DNA from: Eledone cirrhosa | Taxonomy: Eukaryota | DNA: 64,000 nt | NCBI GenBank assembly: GCA_964016885.1 | Contig: OZ024742.1 | Span: forward strand, 12,524,001 to 12,588,000 | Direction of reading: 5' to 3' | Part shown: positions 27,190 to 43,035 of the stretch, piece after piece | How the letters are laid out: each line of letters opens with the position of its first letter | Numbering within the stretch: position 1 is the first letter of the stretch | Notes under the pieces: generated by a model | The model's database searches: none | What the model was told of the DNA's origin: nothing | Seen by the model: only the letters and a program-made list of their open reading frames with translations | Translations under genes and position numbers: made by a program

Positions 27190-27443
27190 GGGGATTCCTT
27201 TCTTTGTTTCTGTGCCTCTCCTTTGTTCTGTCCTACGCCATTTTGTTTCTGTGTGTGTGTTGTGTGCTCAGTCTGCGCATGCGCCACATCCGGGTGTCTG
27301 TGTGTGTTTATGTTCATTTATTTATTTGTTTATTTACATGTTACTGGTTGGTTGTTTGTTCTATGTGTGTGTGTGTTTTCATTTTGTCCTTAATTGTAAG
27401 TTGTGATGTTGCTGTTCCACTCATATTTTCTATTTAATTTTGT

Positions 27444-27689
27444 AGTGTAGGGGAACGGATAAATGAACACTGGCGAGACCTTCAAGATAGTAAATAATCA
27501 TCTGTACTCTACCAACATGCTAAAATAGAACACAAGGGTAAATTAGAGAACATAGAAATAACAATAGAATCCACACACAGAAAAGACGCAATGTTTAGAC
27601 AAATTACAGAGGCAATAAACATAAAAGAATTACAACCAAAATTAAATAGAAAATATGAGTGGAACAGCAAGATCACAACTTACAATTAA
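27444..27689 (+). pseudogene. GIY-YIG endonuclease C-terminal remnant
   Basis: SVGERINEHWRDLQDSK*SSVLYQHAKIEHKGKLENIEITIESTHRKDAMFRQITEAINIKELQPKLNRKYEWNSK aligns with the 3015-3300 protein. Not in the ORF track. Confidence 0.9.
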
Positions 27690-27889
27690 GGACAAAATGA
27701 AAACACACACACACATAGAACAAACAACCAACCAGTAACATGTAAATAAACAAATAAATAAATGAACATAAACACACACAGACACCCGGATGTGGCGCAT
27801 GCGCAGACTGAGCACACAACACACACACAGAAACAAAATGGCGTAGGACAGAACAAAGGAGAGGCACAGAAACAAAGAAAGGAATCTCC

Positions 27890-27934
27890 AGTCACTGAAG
27901 AGGTCACAGAGTGTGTGACGAAAGAACTATGACT
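27890..27934 (+). ncRNA. Minimal type I hammerhead
   Basis: AGTCA-CTGAAGA-GGTCAC-AGAGTGT-GTGAC-GAAA-GAAC-TA-TGACT. Confidence 0.8.
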
Positions 27935-28319
27935 ATATATAAACAACTATCTGGTTGTGGAACCAACCAACCAACCAGAAATTTATAAATTTATAAATTT
28001 ATTATAATAAATTGAAGTGAAAGCAACTGGTGCGTGTGTTTCTTATTGGCAACATGACCCTCCCAAAGTATAACAATATCGGTTTCAACACACGATTTCA
28101 GATAAAGAATCTTGCTAAACAAATTCAGAAACGAAATATATATATATATATATAAAATTATATATATATATATTAAATTATATATATATATAATTATATA
28201 TTCGTGTACAGATATTTTTGCATACACAATAATAAAATATAAACTATTTATTTCACGAAAGCACAGACGGCTTATCGTCATTGTTACTGCCGATATGTCA
28301 CCCAAAATGTCCCAGCCTG

Positions 28320-28580
28320 GCCAGAGCAGAAAACATGTATTTATTCCTCGCATCCCGTTGCTGCCAGCCGACTTAACCCTTTGAGTTCAAGCGCCTTCAG
28401 TTTCCAATAAGACTAAGCTTCGCCATTACCATCAACAAAGCTCAGGGTCAAACGCTACAAGTCGCTGGCCTTCATCTGGGAAAACCATGCTTCTCCCATG
28501 GTCAATTGTATGTAGGATGCTCTAGAGTGAGCTTGCCAAACAATCTCTTCATCTTTCCTCCCGAGGGCCGAACAAAATAA
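28320..28580 (+). pseudogene. Helitron Pif1-family helicase C-terminal fragment
   Basis: VFIPRIPLLPADL/PFEFKRLQFPIRLSFAITINKAQGQTLQVAGLHLGKPCFSHGQLYVGCSRV (motifs V-VI). Frameshift near 28376. Confidence 0.92.
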
Positions 28581-29106
28581 TATAGATAAACTGGTGTATA
28601 AGACTATAGAGGATATATAGAGACATATATAGATAAACTGGGTGTATAGAAGACTATAGAGGAAATATATAAACATATATAGATAAACTGGATGTATATA
28701 AGACTATGGAGGATATATATAGATAAACTGGGTGTATATAAGACTATAGAGGATATATATAGACATATATAGATAAACTTGGTGTATATAAGACTATAGA
28801 TGATATATATAGATATATATAGATAAACTAGGTTCATAAAACTCTAGGTAAAATACATATATATATAGACATATAGATAATATTTCTATATAAGACATAG
28901 ATAAAATAGTTATATAAAGACATATAGTGATACAACTGTTATATAAAGACACACACACACATACACACATACACACATACACACACACATACACACACAC
29001 ACACTCACACACACACATAAATATATATATTCCTATCCAGGATGCTCCAACCGTTAAGGTTGTCTTTTTTTCGGGTATGTCAATATTTATTTATAAAACA
29101 AATCTG

Positions 29107-29172
29107 TATTTTATCTGATGAAAGCGCACCATAATTTGCCTTGGTTGCCCTTGAAATATGTATAATAAAATA
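29107..29172 (+). ncRNA. Type I hammerhead ribozyme
   Basis: TATTTTAT-CTGATGA-AAGCGCACCA...TGGTTGCCCTT-GAAA-TATGTA-TA-ATAAAATA. Confidence 0.8.
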
Positions 29173-29576
29173 AATATGGTTTTATAAATATAGTTTCCAT
29201 TTATTAATATATTGTATATATATATATATATAATGTATATAAAGATACAATAGGTGTATAAGAATATATATAAAATATGTTAAGACATATATAAGTAAAA
29301 ATATATAGACATATATAGAAAAAATATATTAAGACATAGATATAAGAAATAGGCATATAAGAAAGTGTAGCAGAGAAGATGGCGGTTGGAAAACGTGAGG
29401 CTCATTAAGATTGATTGCCTGAGAGTATGTTGAATAATTAATTATTTCTAAACAGAGGAGAGTCCATTATGAGGGTAATTAACTGTTTAGCAGGGCATGA
29501 ACACCTCTAAACACTGGCAATTACCTGTTTATGTATCTGTCTCTCTCTCTCTCTCTATAAATATATATATAAATAA

Positions 29577-29666
<90 letters not shown>

Positions 29667-29667
29667 T

Positions 29668-29748
29668 ATGGCGTAGGATAGAAGAAAGGAAAGGCACAGA
29701 AACAAAGAAAGGAATCCCCAGTCACTGAAGAGGTCACAGAGTGTGTGA

Positions 29749-29750
<2 letters not shown>
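29668..29750 (+). mobile_element. PLE family-2 fragment broken within the HHR
   Basis: Matches 27838-27921. Confidence 0.8.
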
Positions 29751-29796
<46 letters not shown>

Positions 29797-29797
<1 letters not shown>

Positions 29798-29925
29798 GCG
29801 TGTGGCTGAGTGGTTAGACAATTGGATTCGCAATCATAAGGTTGTGAGTTCGATTCTGGACCAGGCGATGCGTTATATCCTTGAGCAAGACACTTTATTT
29901 CATGTTGCTCCCTCTACCTGGAGTT
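29797..29925 (+). mobile_element. tRNA-derived SINE 5' part
   Basis: GGCGTGTGGCTGAGTGGTTAGAC...GAGTTCGATTCT...CCTTGAGCAAGACACTTTATTTCA. Confidence 0.8.
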
Positions 29926-30024
29926 GCGACCGATAGATAGTATTAGCAATTGGAAAGACCAACGGAAACATTGTTCCCTCGGTCCGATTTGACGAAAGTC
30001 GATCGTTCCTTTCATATATATATA

Positions 30025-31209
30025 TACAAAATTAAGATAAATCAAAGTGAATTTAATCTAAATCAAAATTATGGGTGTCATGCCAGAAAGGCATGCGCCA
30101 TATCACCCGTAAAATAAGCTCCAAGATTCTAATGAATAGGTCCGAGCATTTTATAACAACTAGAAATTGATTAACATATAAATAAACATATGAAACAATC
30201 ACAGGGGATAATTTTTACAAGTGTGTAAGCCCACATAGCTAAGTAGGTAACTAAATAAAGTTAACTAGAACTTCAAAAGTAGATACTTTATAATATGATT
30301 AATCTTCCCTGTATATATTCCATTAAAGAAATATATTTCGCCAATTAATCGAATGGTAAACCACGGAGGCGGATACTTGGATTTTCAACAAGGAAGAAGT
30401 TCAGCCATCTGCGTTTACACATTAAGTTCAAATCAGCGACTGGCCAGTAACACGTACTGTATCTACTAAAAATACACACATCATACCAGCTTCCTCCTAT
30501 TATAAGGTATTTATTTTTGAAGTTCTAGTTAACTTTATTTAGTTACCTACTTAGCTATGTGGGCTTACACACTTGTAAAAAGTATCACCTGTGATTGTTT
30601 CATATGTTTATTTATATGTTAATCAATTTCTAGTTGTTATAAAATGCTCGGACCTATTCATTAGAATCTTGGAGCTTATTTTACGGGTGATATGGCGCAT
30701 GCCTTTCTGGCATGACACCCATAATTTTGATTTAGATTAAATTCACTTTGATTTATCTTAATTTTGGATATATATATATATAAATACGGCTCCTTAATTG
30801 TAGAGCTAACTCTGTTGAAAGGACTTGACTGCTGTTTTTAGTTGTCGATAACCCTATTCACGCTACTAGGAGGAAGCTGGTATGATGTGTGTATTTTTAG
30901 TAGATACAGCACGTGTTACTGGCCAGTCGCTGATTTGAACTTAATGCGTAAACACAGATGGCTGGACTTCTTCCTTGTTGAAAATCCAAGTATCGGCCTC
31001 CGTGGTTTACCATTCGATTAATTGGTGAAATATATTTCTTTAATGCAATATATAGAGGGAAGATTAATCATACTATAAGGTATCCATTCTTGAAGTTCTA
31101 GTTAACTTTATTTAGATACCTACCTAGCTATGTGTGCTTACACACTTGTAAAAATTATACCCTGTGATTGTTTCATATGTTTATTTATATGTTAATCAAT
31201 TTCTAGTTG

Positions 31210-31212
<3 letters not shown>
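30025..31212. mobile_element. Fold-back element (IR ~30025-30280 / 30518-30768) plus adjacent inverted copy 30867-31212 of 30152-30499
   Basis: Near-identical reverse-complement arms, all bounded by TA runs. Family unassigned. Confidence 0.8.
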
Positions 31213-31272
<60 letters not shown>

Positions 31273-31446
31273 GGTATCGACTGTAAGTTGTGGAGTCTAT
31301 TCTGCATGAAGAACTCGATGTAATCCATGTTGAAAATGTTGTAGGTTAAGATAAATCTCAGAAAACAATAAAACATTAAAAGGAAAACAGAGTCATGATA
31401 TAAGTTAAAACAATGAAATAAAAATTCAAGTCATTAGAGATATACT

Positions 31447-31586
31447 TCACTGCTTTACGATCGTTTCTAGATGGTGATAATACATTGTATCTATACTCAG
31501 TTATTGATCTATGTAAATTTACAAACTATCAGATAGAGAGAATATTTACTTACATGCATATCACCAGCTGTTTTCAAAAGCAATAA
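31447..31586 (-). ncRNA. Degenerate long-stem-II hammerhead
   Basis: TTATTGCTT-TTGAAAA-CAGCTGGTGATA...TATCACCATCTA-GAAA-CGATCG-TA-AAGCAGTGA. Confidence 0.5.
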
Positions 31587-32338
31587 TTATTTTATTCAAT
31601 AAAAATGTTACTCAGAATTAGTAGCATGTTAGTATCATGTTCTTATTTGGAGGTTGTTGAAGAACTAACGAATCAAATTGTTTTTTTTCATATGGTATTA
31701 AGATGAAAAGTAATACACTTTAGTTGAGGTCATGACCCTTTGAAAGGAATGGTTGAAGGGTGTTAGTAGAAATGGAATGAAAATCTATTAGGAGGGGATT
31801 GTCAAACTGATAGTTGAATGTATCTTGTATAGTGAATTTAAAAGGAATGTCAAAATAAATGGTCATTAGTTTTGTATTGAGTTTTACGGTGAATATAAAT
31901 TAATGTTATGGCTAGGAAAGATAGTATATTAAAGTATGAAAATATAATAATTTAATGAGATATAGTAATGCGATAATATACAACTTAACCAACACAATAT
32001 AGTACGGTGTGGTAAATTGCACTTAGTATAATATAGCATATTATACGCTCTAAAATACTACTAAGTATGCTTATGCATAAACAATCAAACTCAGATAAGT
32101 ACATGTTGGCATAGTTAAAACACATAAAATTCATAGTCTATAAAGTGTATATATCCACACTATATATAGAGTGAGGTACAGTTATATTGATATCTAACCA
32201 AAATATACATACATACAAATAGATGCAAACCTAAATACACATCCACACGCATGCATATAATCTTATATATAGATATCCATACATATCTATATCCACACAT
32301 AAACATCTATACCCCCATATATATATATACATACATAT

Positions 32339-32399
<61 letters not shown>

Positions 32400-32402
<3 letters not shown>

Positions 32403-32803
32403 CGTTCCTGAATTTGTTTAGCAAGATTCTTTATCTGAAAACGCGTGTTGAAACCGATATTGTTATACTTTGGGAGGGTCATGTTGCCAATAAGAAACAC
32501 ACGCACCAGTTGCTTACACTTCAATTTATTATAATAAATTTATAAATTTAGGAATTTATAAATTTCCGGTTGGCTGGTTGTTTCCACAACCAGATGATGG
32601 TTTATATATTGTCAAAGTTCTTTCGTCACACATTCTTTGACCTCTTCAGTGACTGGGGATTCTTTTCTTTGTTTTTGTGCCTCTCCTTTGTTCTGTCCTA
32701 CGCCATCTTGTTTTTGTGTGTGTTGTGTGCTTAGTTTGCGCATGTGTTACATCCGGGTGTCTGTGTGTGTTTATATTTGTTTATTTATTTGTTTATTTAC
32801 ATT
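32400..32803 (-). mobile_element. PLE family-2 3' end with tail and HHR (32611-32654)
   Basis: Reverse complement of 27740-28136. Contains CTGAAGAGGTCAAAGAATGTGTGACGAAAGAACTTTGAC. Confidence 0.85.
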
Positions 32804-33018
32804 ATTTATTGAGTACCTTACTTACTGTGGTTACCCCCGATTGAACCCGGGACTCACATATATATATATTATAAAGTGTCAGGGCCCGTCGGCTGAGCGC
32901 TTTCCGTTTCAACAGCTATTTATATATACATATAAATAAATATATACATATGCATATACATATATATGCATATGTATATAAAATCGTGTGCTGTATAGTG
33001 AGTACGAATGAGTGTACG

Positions 33019-33069
<51 letters not shown>

Positions 33070-33436
33070 TACATATTCACATATATACATTATATATAGG
33101 TGTACTCATGTATATACATATGTGTATATATATATGTGTGTGTGTGTGTGTGTTATGTGTATTTAGATGTGGGTTTTTTATAACAATTGAAATCATTTAA
33201 CTCGAAATTTTTTAGAATGACAAAGAAACGCATAAATTTGAGGAATCTATGTGTATATAATATATTACAGTTCATATATACAGTATATATACATATACAT
33301 ATATATATATATATATACATATATACATACATATATACATACATATACATAAATATACATATATAAATATATATATATATATACATATATACATACATAT
33401 ACATAAATATACATATATACATACATATACATAATT

Positions 33437-33479
<43 letters not shown>

Positions 33480-33761
33480 TACTTAAATATACACATATAT
33501 ATATATACATAAATACACCCATACACACACACACACACATATATATGTGTGTGTGTGTATGTGTGTGTAGTGAGAGAGAGTGTGTATAAAAACGTGCATT
33601 CTTTCAATGAGTCAGGTATGTGTGTGTTTTGTTTGAAAAGCTATTCAGGTCGGTAAATCGTAAAATAAGGGTAAAACACTTCAAAATACAGACAGGGGAA
33701 AAAGCAATCTGAATAACGTTCGAAAAGGATAACACAGTCAAATGAGTTTTATGAAAATAAC

Positions 33762-33857
<96 letters not shown>

Positions 33858-33896
33858 TTTATACACATGTATATATGCGCATACAAATATATTTAT

Positions 33897-33960
<64 letters not shown>

Positions 33961-34349
33961 GTACATATATTTATATACATGTATATATGCGCATACATAT
34001 ATATTTATATATATATTTATATATATATATGAATGTATGTATGTATAGACGTATTTATATACATATATAAGTACATACACACGCACATACATACACACAT
34101 AAATACACACATACATACATATACACATACATACATACACATATACATATATATGTATATATATATATACCTGAGTAGGCTCCCACATATTTGTTTTCAT
34201 ATCACAAAACTGTGTATTTATATTGCCCTTGTGATTAATAACGATATCATAATAAAACTGTTAGTAACAACAATAACAACAATAACAACAATAACAACAG
34301 CAACAATAACAACAATAACAACAACAACAATAACAACAACAACAACAAC

Positions 34350-34396
<47 letters not shown>

Positions 34397-34719
34397 TTGT
34401 TATTATTATTAACAGTATCATCATCATCGTCATTTTGATTACTGTTAATTGTTTTCCTGTTTCCACAGAAATAATTAAAAAGAATTTGGTAATAAATATA
34501 GAAAGGAAGAAGAAGGAATCCAGCGATTGGTGAAGAATATCATTCGACAATAATGGTATTTAATTCTCTGAGTAGAATCTGATGCGAAGAGAAAGAAAAA
34601 ACAGAAATATTTTTATATCCGACAACAAATTTGGAAATTGTCGAAGAGTTTGGAAAGTTGAAAAAGCAGAAAATTGACGAAGTTATAAACATTTGATATG
34701 TTTCTTTAATTTCTCATGT

Positions 34720-35630
34720 TATACACAGGAATATATATATATATATAGAAATATACATATATATACTAACATATATACACATATACATAGCTATATACAT
34801 GTATATACTAACATATATACACATATACATACACACAGGAATATATATACATAGATATATAGAATATATACTAACATATATACACATATACATACACACA
34901 GGAATATATATACATAATTATATGCACTAACATATATTCACATACATACACACAGGAATATATATACATAATTATATACACTAACATTTTTACACATATG
35001 CATACACACAGGAATATATATACATAATTATATACACTAACATATATACACATATATATACACACAGGAATATATATACAGAGATATATACATATATATA
35101 CTAACATATATACACATATACATACACACAGGAATATATAGACATAGATATATACACTAAAACATATACACATATACATACAGGAACATATTGACATAGA
35201 TATATATATAACAACACATATACATACATACAGGAATATATACACATAAATATATACACTCACACATACACACATGAATATATAGACATAGATATATATA
35301 ATAACACATATATATATATATACACACACAGGAATATATACACATAGATATATACACTAACACCTAACACATATACACAGGAATATATACACACATAAAT
35401 ATATATACTAACACACATACACATATACATACATACAGTAGTATATACACATATATATACACTAACACATACATAGGAATATATATACATAAATATATAT
35501 ACTAACACATATGCACATATACATACACAGAAGAATATATACACATAGATATATATACTAACAGATATACACATATACATACACTCTCATACACAGAAAT
35601 ATATACACATAAATATAGTCACTCATACAC
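34720..35630. repeat. ~56-bp AT-rich minisatellite (CACAGGAATATATA...CTAACATATATACAC)
   Basis: Recurring CACAGGAAT anchor. Confidence 0.8.
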
Positions 35631-35759
35631 ATATATAGATATGTGCATGTGTTTGTCTGTCTGTATGTATGTTTATACATATGTATGTATATATCTATGT
35701 ATGTTTGTATGTATATATTTATGTTTGTATTTATGTTTGTTTGTATTTATGTATATATG

Positions 35760-35816
<57 letters not shown>

Positions 35817-35925
35817 ATTTATATATATATATATAGTAATAATAATAATAATAATATCCATACTTATATATGGTTTAGAAGCACTAGCCAATTACCTGTT
35901 TAATTACCTGTTTAAACATTGTGTA

Positions 35926-35972
35926 TGCTCCGATGGATCCAGACATACGTCTGGAAGAAACAATTGTCAGCA
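35926..35972 (+). ncRNA. Degenerate hammerhead
   Basis: TGCT-CCGATGG-ATCCAGAC-ATAC-GTCTGGAA-GAAA-CAATTG-TC-AGCA. Stems intact, core altered. Confidence 0.6.
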
Positions 35973-36167
35973 ATTAAATGTATTAAACTAAGATTTGGTT
36001 GTTTTGTATTTTGTATATATATATATATAAATTAATAAAAACAATGAATAAAAACAAAGAAACATTTCCTTATATTAAAAAATTCATCATTTTACGATCG
36101 TTTCTAGGATATATATGTGTGTTGGAATGTATATCATATAGATCTATGTAAAAATTTTACAAACTAA

Positions 36168-36648
36168 ATGTAAAGCCACTTTAAGTGGTGAAATAATCAG
36201 ATCTTGCGTAGTGTAAAATTTGAAGAAAGTAGGTTGATTAATGTGGGAGCTAGAGCCGAAAAAGTGGAAATTTGAGTCTAAAAGTGGTATTTTTGAATAT
36301 TTAAGCGGCTGCTACGCCGTCCCTGAACAATAAAGCCATTACAGGATGTGCAATGATAAATTCTATTTTGCTTTAAAATTGAACGAAATCGGTGGCAAAA
36401 TGTGGGAGCTAGAGCCAAACATTTTTCGATACCTAAAAAAAGGTGACCCCCCCCCCTATCGATTTTTATCTGCAGAATGACCCTGGAATAAAAAAAAAAA
36501 CCATACGCTGATATATAGAAAACATTCCCCGATGACTAATCTATGAGCCTGCAAAGTTTCATGAAAATCGGTCGTAAGATGTAGGCCCCTATAGGTAATA
36601 AACAGACACACACACACACACGCATACTTAATTTTATATATATACAGA
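36168..36648 (-). mobile_element. Non-autonomous Helitron 5' portion
   Basis: Minus strand A|TCTGTATATATATAAAATT...(GT)n...ACCGATTTTCATGAAACTTTGCA. Internal repeats AATGTGGGAGCTAGAGCC. Confidence 0.65.
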
Positions 36649-36773
36649 TATATTTTTGTTCCATGGTTATGCATGTGACTTCATCAGATGCTCATACAAT
36701 CATAGGTGTAGTGATGCAAGCATGGGATATGTCGCTGGTCATGTATTATTAGCCTTTGTTGTGATGCCAGCAG

Positions 36774-36838
<65 letters not shown>

Positions 36839-36954
36839 AGTTGAAAAAAAAAATGAAAACGAAATTTCATTTCTCACTCTTAGTATGGCACTTACTTAAA
36901 TGTAAGTATGTATGTATACGTACATACATATATGTATACAGACGTACAGTAGCA

Positions 36955-37020
<66 letters not shown>

Positions 37021-37096
37021 TGCTACTGTACGTCTGTATACATATATGTATGTACGTATACATACATACTTACATATATATATATATATATATATA

Positions 37097-37590
<494 letters not shown>

Positions 37591-37770
37591 GTATATATAT
37601 ATGTGTGTGTGTGTAGTTGCATACACATATATATATGTGTGTATATATTTTAATTTAGAAATCGGAAAGATTGCTCAAAATATGTAATAGTGATAATATA
37701 CATCTCCAGATATGCAGAGATATGAAAACATAAATACTTACGTATCTCTGGTTTCATTTCTGTCTGTTTG

Positions 37771-37904
<134 letters not shown>

Positions 37905-38046
37905 CTACACACGGCGGATGTATGTAGATTTACATCACAAATTATTCACATTAAATCATATCACACTCAAATGCACTCATTCATACACAGACAAACAAAA
38001 CACACCTATAAACGCACGGATAGAAATATCACTGTAAATCATAATG

Positions 38047-38123
<77 letters not shown>

Positions 38124-38326
38124 TAATGACATTCATAAAGCTATATAACTTGAATTGTATATTGATATATACATAGATATATAAAAAGACAGAGAGAGAA
38201 AGGGTAGTAATGTATACACATACATACTGACAAACACACGCATACATTTATATATATGTACACATACATACACTCATACATATATATATTTATGTGTGTA
38301 TGTATGTATAAATATGTATACGTATG

Positions 38327-38358
<32 letters not shown>

Positions 38359-38371
38359 TACATATGTATGA

Positions 38372-38418
<47 letters not shown>

Positions 38419-38425
38419 TAGTATG

Positions 38426-38516
<91 letters not shown>

Positions 38517-38849
38517 GCATTCTATGTATTTTAATCAACCTTAAAAACGAAGCAATTTTCTGCAAACCTCATAAATTTAATTTCCGTATCTCTCCAATGC
38601 AATATAATATCACTATAATTGATTTCCCTCTTTAGTTTCACATTTTGCTATTTTTTTTACTGGAATATTATCATTCTTCATATTAGGGTGTAAATAATAT
38701 CGCTCTCTTCTTATTGGTTAAAGCAGAGAAACTGTGAAATGTATTTTACAGCTCATTATCCTCTATATAAGCTATATTAACTCCAATCACAGCCTACAAT
38801 ATAGTCACGGCATGGTCAATCAGAGTTTGGGGATTATTTGTAATATTTC

Positions 38850-39730
38850 GAGTGGTAGATTGGCAGAATTGGTAGAGCGTCGGATAACATGCTTTACAGT
38901 ATATAGTTACGGTCCTTTACGGTCTGAGTTCAAATCCCGCCGAGGTTAGCTAGCCTTTCATCCTTATGGGGTTGATAAGATAAAGTACCAGTAATGTACT
39001 GAGGTCAATTCATTCTACTTTTCTTCCCCTAAAATTGTTGGCATTTTTCCTAAATCAGAAATCATTGGTGGATTGGCAGTATCAGTAGAGAGTCGGACGC
39101 CCAGATTTGTAGCAAAGAGTTACCCCCCTTTATGGTCTGAGTTCAAATCCCGCCGAGGTTAACTTTGCCTTTCGTCCTTACGGGGTCGATAAAATAAAGT
39201 AGCAGTAATGCACTGGGATAATTGCTGGCCTTGTGCCAAAACTAGAAACAATTGTTTTCTCTGGTTCTTTACATTATGTGTTCAAATCCTGGCCGAGGTT
39301 ACCTTCGCCTTTCATCCTTACCAGATCAATAAAATAAAGTATCAATAACATACTGGCGTCGATTTAATCAACCTTTGCCACCCTTGTGCCAAAATCAGAA
39401 ATCCGTGTTACTTTCAACAAATAGTCCTTTACGTTCTGTGTTCAAATCCCGGCCAAGGTTAGCTTTGCCTTTCATCCTTACGAGATCGATAAAATAACGT
39501 ACCAGTAACACACTGGAGCAGATTTATTTGACTTTTTCCCCTCCCTGAAAAAGTTGGCCTTGTGCCGAAATCAGAAACCGTTATTATATTCTACATATAG
39601 TTACATCCCCAGTAACCTATTGGAGTCGATGTAATCGATTTTCCTTTCCTCGAAAATTGTTAGTCTTTTGTCTATTTATTCCCTTATTTGTTCTGGTTCT
39701 TCACATTCTCAGTTCAAACGCAGAAGAGGT
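38850..39730 (+). mobile_element. Head-to-tail array of about five tRNA-derived SINE units
   Basis: TGGCAGAATTGGTAGAGCGTCGG...GAGTTCAAATCCCGCCGAGGTT...CCTTTCATCCTTA.GGGGTCGATAAAATAAAGTA recurs at ~38930, 39140, 39280, 39440 and 39710 (partial). Another copy at 43290-43405. Confidence 0.8.
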
Positions 39731-39796
39731 CAAAGTTCAAGGTAAGAAAGACAACCTCACTAATTTGCCTAGAAACGTTGATTTTTTAAAAGAATT

Positions 39797-39855
<59 letters not shown>

Positions 39856-39942
39856 TGGAAAAATTTGAACAGGGACAAAACAGCGAGGCAGTACAATAAA
39901 TGTTTATTAATTTCACGCTCAGGAGAGTGGGGGGTAGGTGGG

Positions 39943-39978
39943 GGACGACGTTTCGGGCATAAGCCCTTCCTCAGGTGA
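39943..39978 (-). ncRNA. Minimal hammerhead motif
   Basis: CTCAC-CTGAGGA-A-GGGC-TTAT-GCCC-GAAA-CG-TC-GT. Stem I is weak. Confidence 0.6.
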
Positions 39979-40807
39979 GAAGTGTGTGGGAACAGAGTTC
40001 AAAAGGTGTGTAGGGGAGTGGTGGAGAGACATATAGCGAAAGGAAACGGTGCGAATGAAAAAAAACAAATAAAGATAAAAAATAAAAATAAAACATGATC
40101 AAAATACAAGGAATGAGAAAATTTAAAAATAAAGGCATGATCAAAATAAACTGAAATTAAAAGGGGGTAAACAGGTGGTAGAAGGGTGTGGGGTGAGTAG
40201 GGGTGGTGGCGGGTGGAGTGGGGAGAGGGAGACGGGGTGTCCGAGCGGGGAGGGCTGAAATTGGTGTGTGTGTGTAGGTGTGCGTGTGTGTGTGTGTGTG
40301 TGTGTATGTGAAAGTAAGGGTTGGGGGAAAAACGGGGCTGCATGTTCAGGAAGGGGTGTGTGTGGGGGGTGTCTGTGCGTGTGTGGATAGGGGGGTGGGG
40401 GAGAGGAATCAGGAGGCTGAGGGTGTAAATATGTGGTGGGAAGCACGTGTGTGTGGGGTTTAAGCGTGTGTGGGGTTTATATATACATATATATATATAT
40501 ATATTATACACAGAAATTCTTTAAAAAATCAAGGTATATATATATATCGTACCAGACTTATCATTTGATAAGATCAGATGTGAGTGTTATTGGTTGGCTC
40601 AATTATGTTTTAATCATAGACTGCGGACATACTGGGGCACTGCCATGTTTGTTGATTTTTACAAAATATTTTCTCATCATTCTTGATAATTGGCTTAATG
40701 CTTTGAAAGAAGGATGTTGGCACGATCTGCCCAGCATCAGTTAAACCCTTCAACATAGTTACAGACAAACATATGCCATCACGGAGATACACAAACAACC
40801 AGAAAAT

Positions 40808-40886
<79 letters not shown>

Positions 40887-41546
40887 CACAGACATATATG
40901 TATACAAATATACATATATATATATACTTATATATATATATTTATATATATATGTGTGCGTGTGTGTGTGTGTGTGTATGTGTGTATGTGTGTGTGTGTG
41001 TGTGTGTATGTATGTACGTATGTATATAAATATGTATACATATATATACATGTATACATGTATAAATATATGTATGTGTTTCTTTGCGTGTGCCTTTGTA
41101 TGTGCGTATATATATACATATATATGTGTGTCTGCGTGTGTGGCTGTATATGTGTTTATATACATATATATATAAGTGTGTGTCTTTACGTATGTATGTG
41201 TAGAGAGATAAGATTCATAACATTAATATCAATATATATTTCAAGAATGATTGATCAGTTATCTGAAACGCCACAATCAAATAGAAATGATAAGAGTTGT
41301 CTGCTGATGCAAAGGGTTATATCCATTGATATTATGGAAACAATTGGCGTCCTTCCAGGATTGAAACCATGAGCTGGTTTTGTAACCTTGCAGACGATAA
41401 AGTCTTAGAGATAAAGAAATTGAATGCCGCTCATCTCGGCTGGTCATCATTTTTGATCGTTTCGTAAAAAGAACGAAAAGACAAACAAAAAATTTCAAAA
41501 GCGAAGAGAATAACGATATAGAAAAACACGAACTTATATATGTATA

Positions 41547-41632
<86 letters not shown>

Positions 41633-41645
41633 TACATATATATAC

Positions 41646-41678
<33 letters not shown>

Positions 41679-41691
41679 CACATATATATAC

Positions 41692-41793
<102 letters not shown>

Positions 41794-41833
41794 ATATATA
41801 TATATGTATATATATACACATATATATATACAC

Positions 41834-41887
<54 letters not shown>

Positions 41888-41967
41888 CGAAACCCTGTTC
41901 AAAATATTACCAACCGATAATAAAGAATAAATAAGCATAATAAATAAATTAGGGAAGAAGAAAGAGG

Positions 41968-43035
<1,068 letters not shown>

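Larger units (their letters stand above)
26990..28136 (+). mobile_element. PLE family-2 fold-back element: ~450-bp inverted arms, GIY-YIG remnant, HHR in each arm
   Basis: 26990-27443 is the reverse complement of ~27634-28079. A tail extends to 28136. (TA)n flanks. Confidence 0.92.
25307..28580 (+). mobile_element. Deleted Helitron interrupting a ~43-bp minisatellite, with nested PLE insertions
   Basis: A|TCTATATTATAAAG...GTATGTATGT...AAACGACTGGACCAAATAGCACCAAATTTGCAC is a Helitron-type 5' end. Helicase C-terminus lies at 28320-28580. The GATAAACTGGGTGTATAAGACTATAGAGG array is on both sides (25050-25306, 28581-28850). Confidence 0.6.

Noticed and set aside
29797-29880. tRNA genes (also 11430-11507 and 38853-38940)
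   Set aside because: A/B boxes without a full cloverleaf, followed by SINE bodies.
34445-34560. Good splice acceptor (TTTCCTGTTTCCACAG)
   Set aside because: Downstream frames are short or stopped and unrecognisable; no supporting exons.
41300-41352. GAAACAATTG after a small hairpin
   Set aside because: No properly placed CTGANGA core or stem I.
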